A DNA stretch of 62,471 bases, counting the filler, from Globobulimina sp. (taxonomy: Eukaryota): the NCBI GenBank assembly GCA_003354225.1. It is 17 parts of 17 records of this genome, joined end to end, with 100 filler letters (N's around TTAATTAATTAA, not from the genome) between each part and the next. Parts side by side here need not be neighbours in the genome. Positions count along the whole stretch, not along the records: positions 11,059 to 14,642 come from PIVH01002461.1; positions 14,743 to 18,325 come from PIVH01002462.1; positions 18,426 to 22,008 come from PIVH01002463.1; positions 22,109 to 25,690 come from PIVH01002464.1; 13 more parts are not named here. One strand, written 5' to 3'. Of the stretch, positions 12,576 through 25,381 are shown piece after piece. Numbering within the stretch: position 1 is the stretch's first letter; each line of letters opens with the position of its first letter. The position numbers and the translations under genes are program-made. The notes under the pieces are model-generated. The model ran no database searches. It worked only from the letters and a program-made list of their open reading frames with translations, and had not been told where the DNA came from.

Positions 12576-13900
12576 TTATTTTGCAGTATTAGATTCACCC
12601 ATAATTTCCTTTAATAGCAGTTGTCTTTTTGGTAGCATTGGCAAACACCATGTCATCCACCAAAACCTGCCGTAAGTTCTAAATACAAATTGCCAATTTT
12701 TTTTCGCTCCATTGTTTGAAGGTGACTTCCACGACAACCCTTTTCTCCTAAAATGTGATTGAAACTTGGAGTTTGAGAACATTTCAATAGTGGATAATCC
12801 CTTTAAACATAGATAAAAATGGAAAAATAGCAAACAGCCAACAGCAAAACAAACAGCCAACGAAAATATGCAGCCCAACATAATCCGCGATTGGGCCCTT
12901 CTTAAACCAGGATCGCCACGAAAGGAGGCACGCGAATATGACGATTTTATAAAGAAAAAATTGAGTCCAGCAAATGGGAATGCATTCAATAAAAAATAAA
13001 AACATCCGATACAGACCCAAAACATAAACAATACAAAATATCTGTAATTGCATAATCCGACACAGGAAGCTACCCAAGGACCTGTATGACAGATACGATA
13101 ACAAATTATATTTAAAGCAGAGATATTATATAAAAATAATAAAATTAACAGTGGTGATCCATAGAAATTATACATTGTTGACAGATACTGCAATGATGTG
13201 AACGTGGAGGTTTTGGTAAATTACATTCATCGCAATATCTCCAAATATATGGGTTATTTCGTAGGCCACGCACATCCAATTTGGTTTGATTAAAAAAATA
13301 ATCTTTGATGATCTGCTCATTTTTTATTTTCATAAATGTTCGTAATCTATCTTCTTCGTTGACGCTTCCATCATTTTCTGTGTTGTTGTCGGATATTAAT
13401 GGGGTCAATACTTGTATTTGTAGCAACCCTTTGCTTTTTATGTGCTTATTCGTGTTTGGGAATAATTCCTGTGAATTTCCAGCGTGCACAAATACCGCTG
13501 ATAAGTAATTGAATAGTACATTGAATAAGAAACAGAGTCCTAGCAAAGTAGTGATTATATATCTTGGATTTGATAGGCTTCCTTTATTTAAAGCTCTCAG
13601 ATGGGTGAACCATAAATATACTATGAATGAGCTGAAATGAATATAGTTTGTAGTTGTGTGGCAATATAATGTATGTCAAAACTTAACATAACACATAATG
13701 CGCCAAATACTGTTAATTATTTATTATTGTTAACATAACACATAATACATAATAAGTAAAAACTTAATAAGTTACCCATGCATGGTTGGATTATGCCAAA
13801 AACTACACTTATTAGTCGTTTGATATCCTTTTCTCGAATAAAACCAAGTCCTCGTTTCTTTCTTTTTTTTCTGTCCTTGAACATGGTTTTGAATATTTGA
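12576..13900 (-). CDS. DHHC palmitoyl acyltransferase, multi-exon (intron 13082-13149; 5' exons approximate)
   Basis: [28 protein letters not shown](C) is spliced to [15 protein letters not shown]; TTxE-like motif GLSTIE; TM helices. Confidence 0.92.
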
Positions 13901-14046
13901 ACCCGACTCTATCTTCAGCGTGAAAAACTTGTTGAAAACATGCTTGTGTTATGGTTATTACTTGTATTCGGAACCTTCGTGTCTTCATTTTCTGCTGTAA
14001 CAAGAGGTACGTAATATGTTTGGAGTTCAAAACAAGATAACAACTA

Positions 14047-14642
14047 TTGTTGATAGGTAATCAGCCTTCATTGCCAAAAGCTATACTCTTCAACGACACA
14101 GATTTATTTGATCAAAATGAACTGTTGCTTATCAAGCGTTTATTTGAGCCTCGACCGGATTTGTATAAACAGATACATTCTTCTCAATTGATACAAATAT
14201 TGCAACCATATGACATATTCCACACAACCAATACAGTTTATATTATCCCACCATTTAATGTATCAGCAAACATTATGACCAATACATCATTCATGCATCG
14301 TCTCCAAGAATTACAGTCCATAATTCAACAAGTAATCTCTCAAATGTTTCCCACAAAGTTATGTGCTTCATTCGCAATATTTGTACGTACATATTCTAAA
14401 ATAGATTGATAATATAACAGTGGCGCATCGCCTATAATTTTCCTTAGATCTGCTTTTAACACAGATCTAGCAAATGATATTTTAGAGAATATTTACAATT
14501 CCATCGATTCGGAATTATGCACTATTCGCGATCATCCGTATGATGTGGTTAATTCGATTGGACATCGATCGCATGAAATCATTATAACATTTGGATCAAA
14601 GCTGTATGACATTTCAGCACATGCATATTTAATGAATATGTT
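14047..14642 (+). CDS. Hypothetical protein, probably multi-exon, 3'-truncated
   Basis: 120-aa ORF plus a probable GT..AG intron near 14383-14420 and a downstream open frame. Confidence 0.35.
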
Positions 14643-14742
14643 NNNNNNNNNNNNNNNNNNNNNNNNNNNNNNNNNNNNNNNNNNNNTTAATTAATTAANN
14701 NNNNNNNNNNNNNNNNNNNNNNNNNNNNNNNNNNNNNNNNNN

Positions 14743-16129
14743 ATTTCCCCGATCTTTTTGTAAAATAATACTGAATAACCATTGGTGTATAGACTCTTTT
14801 TAATATTTTCCGCGTTAATAAATGATAAACCCAAACCATATAATGTTGCGGCGATATTGTATTGATAAAATGGATAAAATTATTCTCAATATTTAGTATT
14901 GAACAATCATCGTTTATCGCATTGAGGAGAATATTTTTACAATTCTTGCGCGACCATTTATTTGTTGTTGTGTCTGAATCCAAATTAAAACACCAAGCCT
15001 CTTTACACAAATTATAACAAATTAATATAATCCGATCATGCACCAAACACACATTGAAATTATTTGTGTTTTGTTTGGGTAAATAAAGATTTTTATGATT
15101 CGTTTTCGTTTTAAATAACTTCCATTTCCGATCTATCAACGAATAGCTCCAAATCTTGACATTTGAATTATGTCCGTTAAATATCAAAATCTCTTCTAAA
15201 TGCTCCACAAAAATCACTTTACAACAGTAAAAATTCGGAATCTCATTCATTTCATCAATTTCTTCCCGTTGCTCCTCAATAAAATCTTTTCGAATTTGCA
15301 ATTTCTTCGCAAAATATATGGAATGAAGGGATTTGTGAGCTATTTGCGCAAAAATATGCAACTCATTGCGTATAAAAATAGAGACCGGATAACAATATGT
15401 CATATCTGTATGCTTCGAGATGTCATAGATTTTGTCCCCGGAATCAGACCAACCGTTTAAGTCGAAAGTGGCAAAAGTTTTGTGTGCGCCGCCAAAGATA
15501 TACAACTCATTGCTCTCCGCATTGATGGCATGGCCGTGATTATAAGGCTTAAAGGCCACAGATTGAGGCTGCGATTGTGAGCTGTTGGCATTTATGTTTC
15601 TGTATTTTTTAAATTTGTCCCATGAATCATTGAATAAATCATATTTAAAAATACATCCTTCGTTGCTGATGGATTTGTTGCTATTGATGCTGTTGTTGAT
15701 GTTATTTAAATTATAATTGGAATGGTATTTGTATCCCGAATGGTACATTGATGTGGAAACAATGATAAATAATCGGTCGCGGTCCTTCATTAAGATCGGC
15801 GATGGACAGCCACGTAACAATGACGGCGGTGCGGATAAACTTATTTCTTTTTTGCGATTCCGAGGGGCGGTGCCATTGCGGTTGCGATTGTCGAGGAAAT
15901 TCAAATTGATTCCAAACCGCGACATTTTATTACCGTATGTGGCTCCATAGGCACCGTAATGGTAATTATGATTATCCCACACTTTCATTTTCTTGTTTCG
16001 CAAGTTTCTTGTTCGCAATTTCTTATTTTTGTTCGCATCGTCTTGCAATGGCGCGGATTCTCCGTCTGATTCGTCTGAATGTGTTGATGGTGACTGTCGA
16101 TCGCCTGTTTCATCGCGATGGCCATTCAT
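14743..16129 (-). CDS. Kelch-like beta-propeller protein, 3'-truncated
   Basis: IFKYDLFNDSW, ELYIFGG, IWSYSLIDRKW, WCFNLD...KW repeats; likely ATG at 16129. Confidence 0.7.
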
Positions 16130-16196
16130 TATTGGGATAGTCCTATGCCGTGGACTAAAAAACATTCGTTACTATTCCAGTACGACACCAAAAACA

Positions 16197-17276
16197 ATGA
16201 ATAACGAAGGCTCTCGCTTCAGCGATATCGCCAGCAAATATGCCACCAAATTCAATCAAACCTCAGCATGGAAAAAGATATTGATTACAGGCACCACAAT
16301 GACTGCAGGATGCATATTTTATTCATTTAGTTCCTATTATCTCAGCAAAATGTGGTACAATTCGTTGCCATATATTCATTATAACATCACAGGTGATATA
16401 AATAGTAACTGCGGCATCTTATTTTTCATTCACGGCTGGCCCGATACTGCCGCTTTATGGCAGCCTCAAGTACAATATTTAGCGCATCGCAATTATTGTT
16501 GCGTCACATTGGAACTCCCCAATTTTAATTTGGACGCACCAATGCAAAATCCGTGGGGCTATGATTTAATGCAAGTCGTAAACGCAATGGCGAGCACAAT
16601 ACAAAAAATATTAAATGATAATAATAAGACAAGTGACGGAATTATGTTAATTACACATGATTGGGGCTCATATTTGGGTGAATTATTATATATTCATTAT
16701 AAGAATGCGATACGTATTCATAAATTAGTTTTATTGGACGTTGGTGATGGTGGAAATAGAGAGAAAAAAGAAGAGTATAAATATGAGTATCAAATGGTGA
16801 ATGCGATTATGTTTTTGATGCCGCACAACATCGGCACTTGGTATTTGCGGAGATATTATAACAAAATGTTAAGTAAACGAGGCATAATATTGCCTGCGAT
16901 ACGGGATGATAATAAATTGGATTCATGTCAAGGTTATTTATATTTTTATATTATAAAAACGATATTGTTTGGCAGTAAAAATGAGAAAGAAAAGGTTAAT
17001 GTTGGTGGGAAGTTGGATGAATTTGAGGGTTTACCGATATTGTTTGTGGATGCGACGAAAGGATGGCATTATCCGGTAAAATATTATTCGAATAAATTTA
17101 GGAAATGGTTGGAGGAAAGAGATGAGTGTGAATTTGTAGAATTCGATTGTTATCATTGGATTCAAGACAATCAAATTGGTTTACCACAAAAACTTAACGT
17201 CACAATACATGAATTTATCAAAAAGAAACAAGCAAATCCTTTGATATGCGACGAGAGCAGAATCATCAGTGTTTAA
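16197..17276 (+). CDS. Alpha/beta hydrolase (epoxide hydrolase-like) with N-terminal anchor
   Basis: FIHGWPD oxyanion motif, THDWG Asp nucleophile, C-terminal DCYHW; likely ATG at 16197. Confidence 0.88.
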   Translation: MNNEGSRFSDIASKYATKFNQTSAWKKILITGTTMTAGCIFYSFSSYYLSKMWYNSLPYIHYNITGDINSNCGILFFIHGWPDTAALWQPQVQYLAHRNYCCVTLELPNFNLDAPMQNPWGYDLMQVVNAMASTIQKILNDNNKTSDGIMLITHDWGSYLGELLYIHYKNAIRIHKLVLLDVGDGGNREKKEEYKYEYQMVNAIMFLMPHNIGTWYLRRYYNKMLSKRGIILPAIRDDNKLDSCQGYLYFYIIKTILFGSKNEKEKVNVGGKLDEFEGLPILFVDATKGWHYPVKYYSNKFRKWLEERDECEFVEFDCYHWIQDNQIGLPQKLNVTIHEFIKKKQANPLICDESRIISV

Positions 17277-18425
17277 TTTATTTTTTCCACAATCTAGAGA
17301 CTTGTACTTGTTTATAAAGATAGCGGATTTAAACATTTTATATAATATTAATAAAACATTCTGAAGAAAATTCTTAAGAAACAGACAATTAAATTTTTGG
17401 GAATCAGTTGATTTTGTATTCTCTGTGAAAACTAAATGAAAGTATTTGTTATTGATACTTATCCAATTATTTTTATGCAAAATACTGGACAGCAAACCAA
17501 TAACAACCACTATAAAAACAAAAATAAAATACACTGACAGTTATTTGGGGATAGACAATACAAAATTTGTTGAATTAAATCAAAAGACAAAAGGAAGAGC
17601 ACATTCAGCACTAAATATTTTTTGTTTTTTTTGAAGTCTAAAAAGCTATGAATTGCGCGATTTTGCGCAAATACTTTCTTAATTTTATCACATTCTGTGT
17701 TGACTATTTAGTCTTTTTGTTGCGAGTTTGGTGATCTTCGTGGTCCACGGCCAACCGCTGCATTTACGAATCTTTTTTGATCTAAATATGATTGATTCAT
17801 TTTTTATTTTTGATGACAACTATGTATAATTAACATACAAATGAGTCTTTTCTTGGCTCTCCCGCATGGCATTGATTTCTTTGGTTGTTTTTCAACTTTG
17901 GGGGTGGCTGCACGAACTTTGCCAGCACGTGCTAATGACCCATGTACTTTACCCATTGTTTATCTTAGTGTGTATAAGGACTTCTTGGATGGAATGGAAT
18001 GGAATGGAATGGCTTGTTGCGAAAGGATGCTTTGAGATGTGTGGAAGTTAGGTTTGTTTTCTTAGCAAAAAAAAAACTTTAAAAGAGACACGAATTTATT
18101 TAAAATCATCACAGACTTATGCATTTATTTAAAAGTTACCTTTGTCGAGTGTAACTGACTCATTTTAAAAGTATTGGTCTGTTCGGTTCACTTCGGTTGG
18201 ACAGTTGCGATATAGCTGGTTGGATATAGCTGGTTGGACTTAGCTTAGTTTAAAAGATGCAGTTTAAATAAATCTTTTAATTTCGCTAAACATGGCAGAT
18301 CTAGATCTTTTACCTGAAACCCGTANNNNNNNNNNNNNNNNNNNNNNNNNNNNNNNNNNNNNNNNNNNNTTAATTAATTAANNNNNNNNNNNNNNNNNNN
18401 NNNNNNNNNNNNNNNNNNNNNNNNN

Positions 18426-19148
18426 ATTTGTGCGATCAATGCGTTGATGGAAGTTTATTGCCACTGTGAGATGAATATGGAATGTGTCAATTTGTTTAAT
18501 TCGAGGAATGGCATAACAGCTGACCAAATATCATACATTTTGGTGTTGAAAGCGTGTGCAAATGGTACAATGTATCATTTTGGTGATTCGATTTATGAAA
18601 TTTTAAAAGAAAATGGAATGTTGTCAGACAGTGAAAATATTGACGTTGGGATTGAAATAAATTTAATAAATATGTATGGCAAATGTGGAATGACTGATAA
18701 ATGTCAAGAAATATTTGATAATGTTTCACAAAATAAACTAAAATCAAATGTAGCAATTTGGAATGCCATGATTCAGGCTCTTGGTGTTCGGAATGGTAAA
18801 TTGGAGAAAGTGAAAGAAATTTATAAGTGCCTGGTAAAGGATTATAAATTAAGTGGAGATCGCAAAACATTTATTCATTTAATTGGTGCATGCGACCATT
18901 TTGGTGATGTGGTGGAGGCTGAAAATATATGGAATGAAATACAAGATAATGATATAAAATATGATGAGATTGTGATAAACTGTTTGATTGATTGTATGGC
19001 GAGAAAAGGATATGCAAAGAAAGCGAGACAGTTTCTGATTGACAACCAATTGGCCCAAAATGAATATACTTTTATGTCATTATTAAGTTCGAGTGCCAAA
19101 TATAATGATATTGAAATGAGTAAACAAATATTTCAGGAAATGAATTAA
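18426..19148 (+). CDS. Pentatricopeptide repeat (PPR) protein, 5'-truncated
   Basis: Tandem ~35-aa repeats: SYILVLKACA, LINMYGKCG....CQEIFD, WNAMIQALG, TFIHLIGAC.H.G, NCLIDCMARKG, IFQEM. Confidence 0.9.
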   Translation: MCAINALMEVYCHCEMNMECVNLFNSRNGITADQISYILVLKACANGTMYHFGDSIYEILKENGMLSDSENIDVGIEINLINMYGKCGMTDKCQEIFDNVSQNKLKSNVAIWNAMIQALGVRNGKLEKVKEIYKCLVKDYKLSGDRKTFIHLIGACDHFGDVVEAENIWNEIQDNDIKYDEIVINCLIDCMARKGYAKKARQFLIDNQLAQNEYTFMSLLSSSAKYNDIEMSKQIFQEMN

Positions 19149-19501
19149 GCAGTAAAGTAAACCAACATTGACTGCAATAAATCTGTAACAGCAAAACTGT
19201 AAAATCTTTCTAACCAGTAATTATATATAACCACCAACCATTCAATAAATGAAAAGTTAAAATGTGATATATCGTTTAAACTGCATACTGTTGAAAAATA
19301 GAAGATATGTAATCAACTGATGTCAAAGTGGTGAAACATATAAAATCACGTATTAATCATAATTGATGTGGCTGGAGAATAATCATAATTGATATAATTG
19401 CGGTTATTATATGCAGAAATAGAAATAATTAGTTTCTATTTTCAATTTTTTTTTCCTTTCCCTTTCAACTTTAAAAAATACACAAAAAACAGAATCGAAG
19501 C

Positions 19502-20269
19502 ATGTATCGAACAAATATTAGTATTTTGATTTTATTGGTGTTATGCAAGAATGTACGGTGTGAAGACGAGGTCCCCGGAAAACAGTCGCCGTGGTCTTCC
19601 TGGTGTTTAAGTGAAAATGATGAGATTTTAAGAGAAAACGGACAAGTCGCATTACTAAAAGATGTGGTGATTGGTGATTACATATTTGATGGTGATTCAT
19701 TTACAAAAGTATTGACAGTCGAATATGGTCCACAACAGCAAATGTCCAAATTATTCTTATCAAATATTGAAAATACCACTGATCAAACAACTGTTACATT
19801 GACATCCGGCCATTTATTGTATGATTTCGACAACGAATTACTCACTGCAGAAAATATTAAAATTGGCGATATAATTTTTAATAATTATGTTGTAAATAAC
19901 ATTCAAAGTGATGAACAATATTCGTCGTCGCCGATTACATTTAGTGGCTATTTGGAGGTGAACGGCGGTGTCAAAGTCTCCTCGTACATAAGAAGCAAAA
20001 CGTTGGCAGTCATGGTCCATAAATATTTGAGTATTTTCAGATGGATTTCTGACGATGTTAATCAACAAATTGTTGGTAAAATGGTCGAATGGATTGCAAT
20101 GGATCACCATTTTTATTATGAAAAAATGGGTAAACAGTTTTGGGACAATTCACTTAATTTTCATCTATTTGCTCCATTTGTTATCACAATGATTATTATC
20201 AACCGGTTGTATGTTCCAATTATTGTTTCCGTTCTGGTATTAATAGTTAATAAAATGAAACGAATTTGA
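19502..20269 (+). CDS. Secreted/membrane Hint (Hedgehog-type) autoprocessing domain protein
   Basis: Signal peptide, then Hint start C35 (CLSENDEI), LKDVVIGD, block B LTSGHLLY, AENIKIGD, SPITFSGYLEVNG..VSSY, and a C-terminal hydrophobic tail. Confidence 0.85.
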   Translation: MYRTNISILILLVLCKNVRCEDEVPGKQSPWSSWCLSENDEILRENGQVALLKDVVIGDYIFDGDSFTKVLTVEYGPQQQMSKLFLSNIENTTDQTTVTLTSGHLLYDFDNELLTAENIKIGDIIFNNYVVNNIQSDEQYSSSPITFSGYLEVNGGVKVSSYIRSKTLAVMVHKYLSIFRWISDDVNQQIVGKMVEWIAMDHHFYYEKMGKQFWDNSLNFHLFAPFVITMIIINRLYVPIIVSVLVLIVNKMKRI

Positions 20270-21111
20270 ATCTTATCTTAATTTGTAACGGTGCTGTGAA
20301 TCTTATCTAAAATCTATGTTTTGTGCATGCACAGATTTTTGCTGACCTCTGTTCAAAATCTATTTAGAATCAGATGAGACACAAAGCATCTTCACGCAGC
20401 GATTACTTTTTTCTTTCTCCCCAAATATTAAATTTTAAATTGTCTTTGAAAATATCTATATAATATTTTTTATATTAAACAATTCTATCATATTTTCCAA
20501 GATTTGAGAAGGCAGACCTTTATTTATTAGAACATGCAACAAATAAATTGTGGATATTGTGACTTGACTTAGTGACTCATCCCTTGTTTGTGAATGTTTT
20601 GATGTAAGTAAGATAACTTAGTGAAGTAACTAGAACGATTAAATAAAGATAATTAATCCTTGCGGATTCCAAGGCAAAGTAGTCGACACCACCAGAGGAG
20701 TCTCCACATTCGGGGGGTCAAGTGTTTAACTTACGACAGAAAGAGCGCGTAAATAAAGAGAGAATGTATAAGACAAAGTGCATTTAACGATATATTCCAA
20801 AAGATAACCCCCCCCCCCTGGTCGATAAGTTGTATACATTTAATTCAATTATCTGAGAAACTAATTCAGTTGATTTTTTCCGTCTACAACCAATATTTAA
20901 CAGACTAAACGAATAAATACTGAATTATGTCACCGTATTTATATGTAAAAGGACATAATAAACAATTACTTATATATTTTGTAGCACATTATATAAGTTT
21001 TTAACTGAGTGATAACCTTGATATCGTTGCTGAGACGAATGAAATGACACTGAATTATCTTTGTCTATATAAATAGATCTATATATATAAAAAAAAGATA
21101 TATGCATAAGT

Positions 21112-21411
21112 GTGTTGTATCGAAGTGACGTTACGCTTGAAACTAGACTAGACCTAGACAGTATAGCTCTGCCCGTAGGCCACCCTCATCTATTTCTAAC
21201 GTACGATTTTGTTAAGAACAATTATCCGGATAGTTTAGAGGTTGGGCATGGTACTCTCACGGCTCACCGCATAGAACAAAAAACTGCATATAATGTTTAC
21301 GATTTATGGCAACATAAAATCATTGATGCAATTATTTCACCATCATGGTATACAATTGATTATATTTTTGAACCACATGACAGTGTTGCTTTACGATTAG
21401 ATCGTATATAG
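21112..21411 (+). pseudogene. Possible orphan C-terminal fragment of a GH27 alpha-galactosidase-like beta-sandwich
   Basis: YNVYDLWQHK...FEPHDSVALRL resembles the family C-terminus; no catalytic domain is seen upstream. Confidence 0.3.
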
Positions 21412-21529
21412 TCTGTGCAGTTTTACACTAAACGTTAATTGTTGGTAAAAAGTTTTCTCCTCCGAGTCGTTGACGCATTTCAGTCATCTGAGTCATACTA
21501 TCCTATACTAATACTAATACTATCCTATC

Positions 21530-22008
21530 ATGAGTGTAGCATATTGCCCTTTTGAGAACGCATTTGATGCAGCATACACTGAAATGGCTGTTTCTGCCAT
21601 CATATGTATAATATTTCAGATACTATTATTGTGGCGAACGCTTTATTACGAATATAAAAATTACCAAAAACACAACAAGGTTGCAAACACCAAGATATCC
21701 ATTCGAATAACATTTATTGCATTGCAGTTGGTTGGATTTTGTTTTACATTTATCGACGTATTTCGGTTTGTCATCGATCCCTATTTCCAATTCATTCAAA
21801 AAAATGCCTTTTCCTGCGCATTGGTCGCCTATTCCCCGAAAGTGGTGACCATTATTTATTTTTTTACCTATTGTGGCCAGGTCCTGTTCAGATTGGAGCT
21901 GTCGTTCCGAGGCTCACATTTAGCGCTGGCACAAAGAACATTGCTTTTACTCTCGCTCTCGATATTAATTCCTGCCATATTTGTACCAATAATATTCTTC
22001 ATATTTGT
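21530..22008 (+). CDS. Multi-pass (serpentine/GPCR-like) membrane protein, 3'-truncated
   Basis: Four hydrophobic helices; LFRLELSFRGS after the third helix, similar to GRIYFIFKDS in ORF 29473-30163. Confidence 0.55.
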
Positions 22009-22108
22009 NNNNNNNNNNNNNNNNNNNNNNNNNNNNNNNNNNNNNNNNNNNNTTAATTAATTAANNNNNNNNNNNNNNNNNNNNNNNNNNNNNNNNNNNN
22101 NNNNNNNN

Positions 22109-24217
22109 AATCCGCTTGAGATAATCTCCAACTTTGTTTTGCAAATTTTGATTGATATTCATTAAATGTGGTTTCATCGCATGACACACTTTTTAATTTA
22201 ACTGATTGTAACCGTTTAATGTGATTTGTTTCCAATGATTGTAATTCTGATAATAAGCCATCAAAATACGATGATGATAAACCAAACTGTGAAGTCTCTC
22301 CGTCATATCTATAATGCACAACCGTCACATTAATTTCTTCCGATTTAAATATTGAACAAATATCACTAATTTTAATAACAAAACTATCCTCATAAAAAAA
22401 TAATGCTTTCATATGGTTATATTCTTCAAAAACATACATTAAATTGATAGTAATCAAAGTTTTATTGGTTACAAATGAATCAAATATGTTATTAATATAA
22501 ATTGGAAATCGATTCTCAAACTCACTCTTAATGCTATGATGTCTAAATAGCCCATTAATTATTTTATAATCTCTGCTGTTTGAGGTATGCCCCCTTAATG
22601 GTTTTGCAGTAACCACATAATTTAACGTCACGAGCGCATTGATATATACTTGATAGTTAAGACTCTCTTTCATATTCCGAACAGATCCAAACCTTAAATG
22701 TCCATAAGTTGACGAAAAAAATAATCTTTCATCTTCATTGGCATAGCACGACAGCCACGTACAATTAAAATATCTGAGATACAAATCATGTCTCTTCAAC
22801 TCCAAAATAGCACCTTTGTCTTTAGCAAAAATAACAGCAACAGATATTTGTGCAGTGGTCGACGTTGGAGACGAAAATGTGGTCAAAAACGCTGGGAATA
22901 TTAACAAGCAACCAATGCCATGATAAAACGTTTGGATTTTTGTACTGCTCATTGTAGTTCCAAAAGCATTCACTGCTTCGCATAACAGCTTGCTCCAATG
23001 TGCGTATTCTCTGTTTTGCCGCATACAGTCATTCACAGTTTGCGAATTTTGCATTTTTCGAAATGTAGTGCTGAAATTATAAGACAATGCGTCAAAATCT
23101 GTATAAAACAACACTGCCATTAAATGTTCAACACTCATTGGCGTAGTTGCTTTCATTTGATACGTTCGTTGAATTAACCGATCTTTTGGACATTGCATTT
23201 TCTTCACAGCATTCGTGTCCATTTTGGTCCGTGCTTTGACTTTAACAAAATTAAAATTTTCCAGTGAGATGTGCCATATGTTGTTGTTTAGTAACTCGTC
23301 ATATAAATTGTCATATTTTGCTGCAATGAAGGGATCATTCTGACTATTTTTTTTCTTCCAATAATTGTATCGGTGACCAAATGAGTAAACATAGGCTTTT
23401 TCGGTTTCTTCAATCTTGCCAAGTAAGCTCAAGCTGGTTGCCGTCGCTTTAATTGTTACCATAATAATTATAGTCATATAATGCTACGTATCATACCTTG
23501 CATATTATTATTGTTGTTTTCGTCTTGTTTTTCTTCTTTGGTTTCACTTTCACGCTCAGCACTCGTTACGAATTTTGTGTTAGTCATTCGATTGTCAGCA
23601 GCAACATTTTGTAATCTCTGTCGTTTGGTTTGTAACAAGTTGGATAATTTCGACATCGTAGCATCTTTATACAATTGCAATTGCTCAGTATCTTCATTAT
23701 CTTTTTGCTCTTTGATATCGTCAGTGTTTAATGCATTTACTCGAACTCTAAAACCAACGTCGAAGCTATGAACAAAGAATGAATGCATAGTATCCATTGT
23801 TTCGATGAAATATTGTTCATTGGCAGCAAGTTTACTATTTTCATTTGGTAATAAAATGTTTTGTTTTTCTCGATCTCTGTTGTTACGTTGACATTTATCG
23901 CAGGTTTTTAATTTGCACTCTTTGATGTTTTGCATGATATAATTATGTATGGATTCATATTCAGTGTTGGTAGTTTGAGTGGATTCATTATCAGATAAAT
24001 GTTTGAGTAAAACGTGGTTATAGTCATCAGTTAAAAATGGGAAGTTTGTTTTGTTAAATGTCTCGGAAATGTTTGAAATTTGTATGCTTTGATATTCGTT
24101 TAAATATTTTATAATTCGGTTGATTGATAAACATGTTTGAATGGAGGTGCATTCGTCGTTAAATAATTGGTCTTTTACGGCTTCAACAACTGCTGCTTCC
24201 AGCAAATTGTACGCCAT
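22109..24217 (-). CDS. Large protein with ADP-ribosyltransferase-like domain, intron 23447-23495, 3'-truncated
   Basis: The splice CAAG|GTATG..AAAG|CG joins the two ORFs. Motifs LFYTD, FYHGI, SSPTSTT...VAVIFA, ILEL, WLSCYANEDERLF occur in ART order. Confidence 0.6.
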
Positions 24218-24278
24218 TATGTTTCCAAACTTTTTTGGATTGTTTTATAAAAATAAATTCAGTCTTAATTCAAGCTTG

Positions 24279-25286
24279 ATGGAATCAGCAGAAACAGAAA
24301 CAGAAACAGATGGTTTATTGACAACAGGAGTTACAGGACCTACCCATACTTTCAAGGCAATGTTTCAACTGCTTTGGTCGTATAAAACCTTGATGATAAA
24401 TAGAATGATGGATAAAAGCGTGAAAGTTTGTAAATATGGTAATAAACGGAGACAAAACATGGATATTTATTTGCCACATTATAATAATGATACAGATGAC
24501 AATTCAAATCATAATGACAAGAAGGATCCATGTATGATTATATCGGTTGGGAGTGGTTGGATGTTTGGCTCTAAGTTATTTGGTGTCCCATTTGGTTATC
24601 TCGGACAGAAATTAGGATATGTTACAATTGTGATTGATTATAAAAGATATCCATTCTCAAGTATTCAAAATCAAATAAACGATTGTACGAATGCAATAAA
24701 TTGGGTGTTTAAAAATATCGACACAAAATATAATGGAGACATAAATCGTGTGAGTATAGCCACATATTCTGCTGCTGGCCATATTGTGTTCAAATCCATA
24801 TTTAAACAGTTGTATAATAAAAATAATGACTTATGGAAACCAAACAATTTGAATGCATTGTTTTTATGGTCGTGTCCGTTTGATTTGGAAGCAATATATA
24901 AATCTCACACGGATCACAAAGCATTGATATATTGTATGAATAAAGTATTTGCATTAAATAATGATTTATGTGGTTTAAAAAAACATTGTGTTACGTATGA
25001 ATTGGAACAAATGATTGAAAAAAAGCAAATAAAGCCAAATGATATTTGTCCCATATATATTGGGAATGGAGATAAAGATACGACCTGTCATTTTGATGCA
25101 GCATTCAAGTTTTATAAACTGTTAAAAAACAATGGATTTAAAACAAGATTACATTCAATTAAAGGATGGGACCATTTGGATTATGCAGTTAAAGATGTTA
25201 CTCCTTTAATATGGTCGATGCATTCAATTCTAAGTGGTCTTGAAGATCCTTTTCAAGGCTCTGGAATCTTGATAGAATATTTTTGA
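24279..25286 (+). CDS. Alpha/beta hydrolase (isoprenylcysteine methylesterase/HSL-like)
   Basis: YGNKRRQNMDIYLP, GSGWMFGSK, IDYKRYP, WVFKNI..YNGD, YSAAGH, GDKDTTC, GWDH. Confidence 0.85.
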   Translation: MESAETETETDGLLTTGVTGPTHTFKAMFQLLWSYKTLMINRMMDKSVKVCKYGNKRRQNMDIYLPHYNNDTDDNSNHNDKKDPCMIISVGSGWMFGSKLFGVPFGYLGQKLGYVTIVIDYKRYPFSSIQNQINDCTNAINWVFKNIDTKYNGDINRVSIATYSAAGHIVFKSIFKQLYNKNNDLWKPNNLNALFLWSCPFDLEAIYKSHTDHKALIYCMNKVFALNNDLCGLKKHCVTYELEQMIEKKQIKPNDICPIYIGNGDKDTTCHFDAAFKFYKLLKNNGFKTRLHSIKGWDHLDYAVKDVTPLIWSMHSILSGLEDPFQGSGILIEYF

Positions 25287-25381
25287 TTGACACTTCATTG
25301 CACCGCGGACATGCTATCATAGTCATAAGTTACAATACAAAGCACTTTGACGGACTACTACTAGTATCAAGAGTCAAGACA

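Noticed and set aside
17990-18012. (GGAAT)n tract, and (AT)n/(CATTT)n at ~54288-54340
   Set aside because: These are ordinary short microsatellites with no spacers or associated genes.
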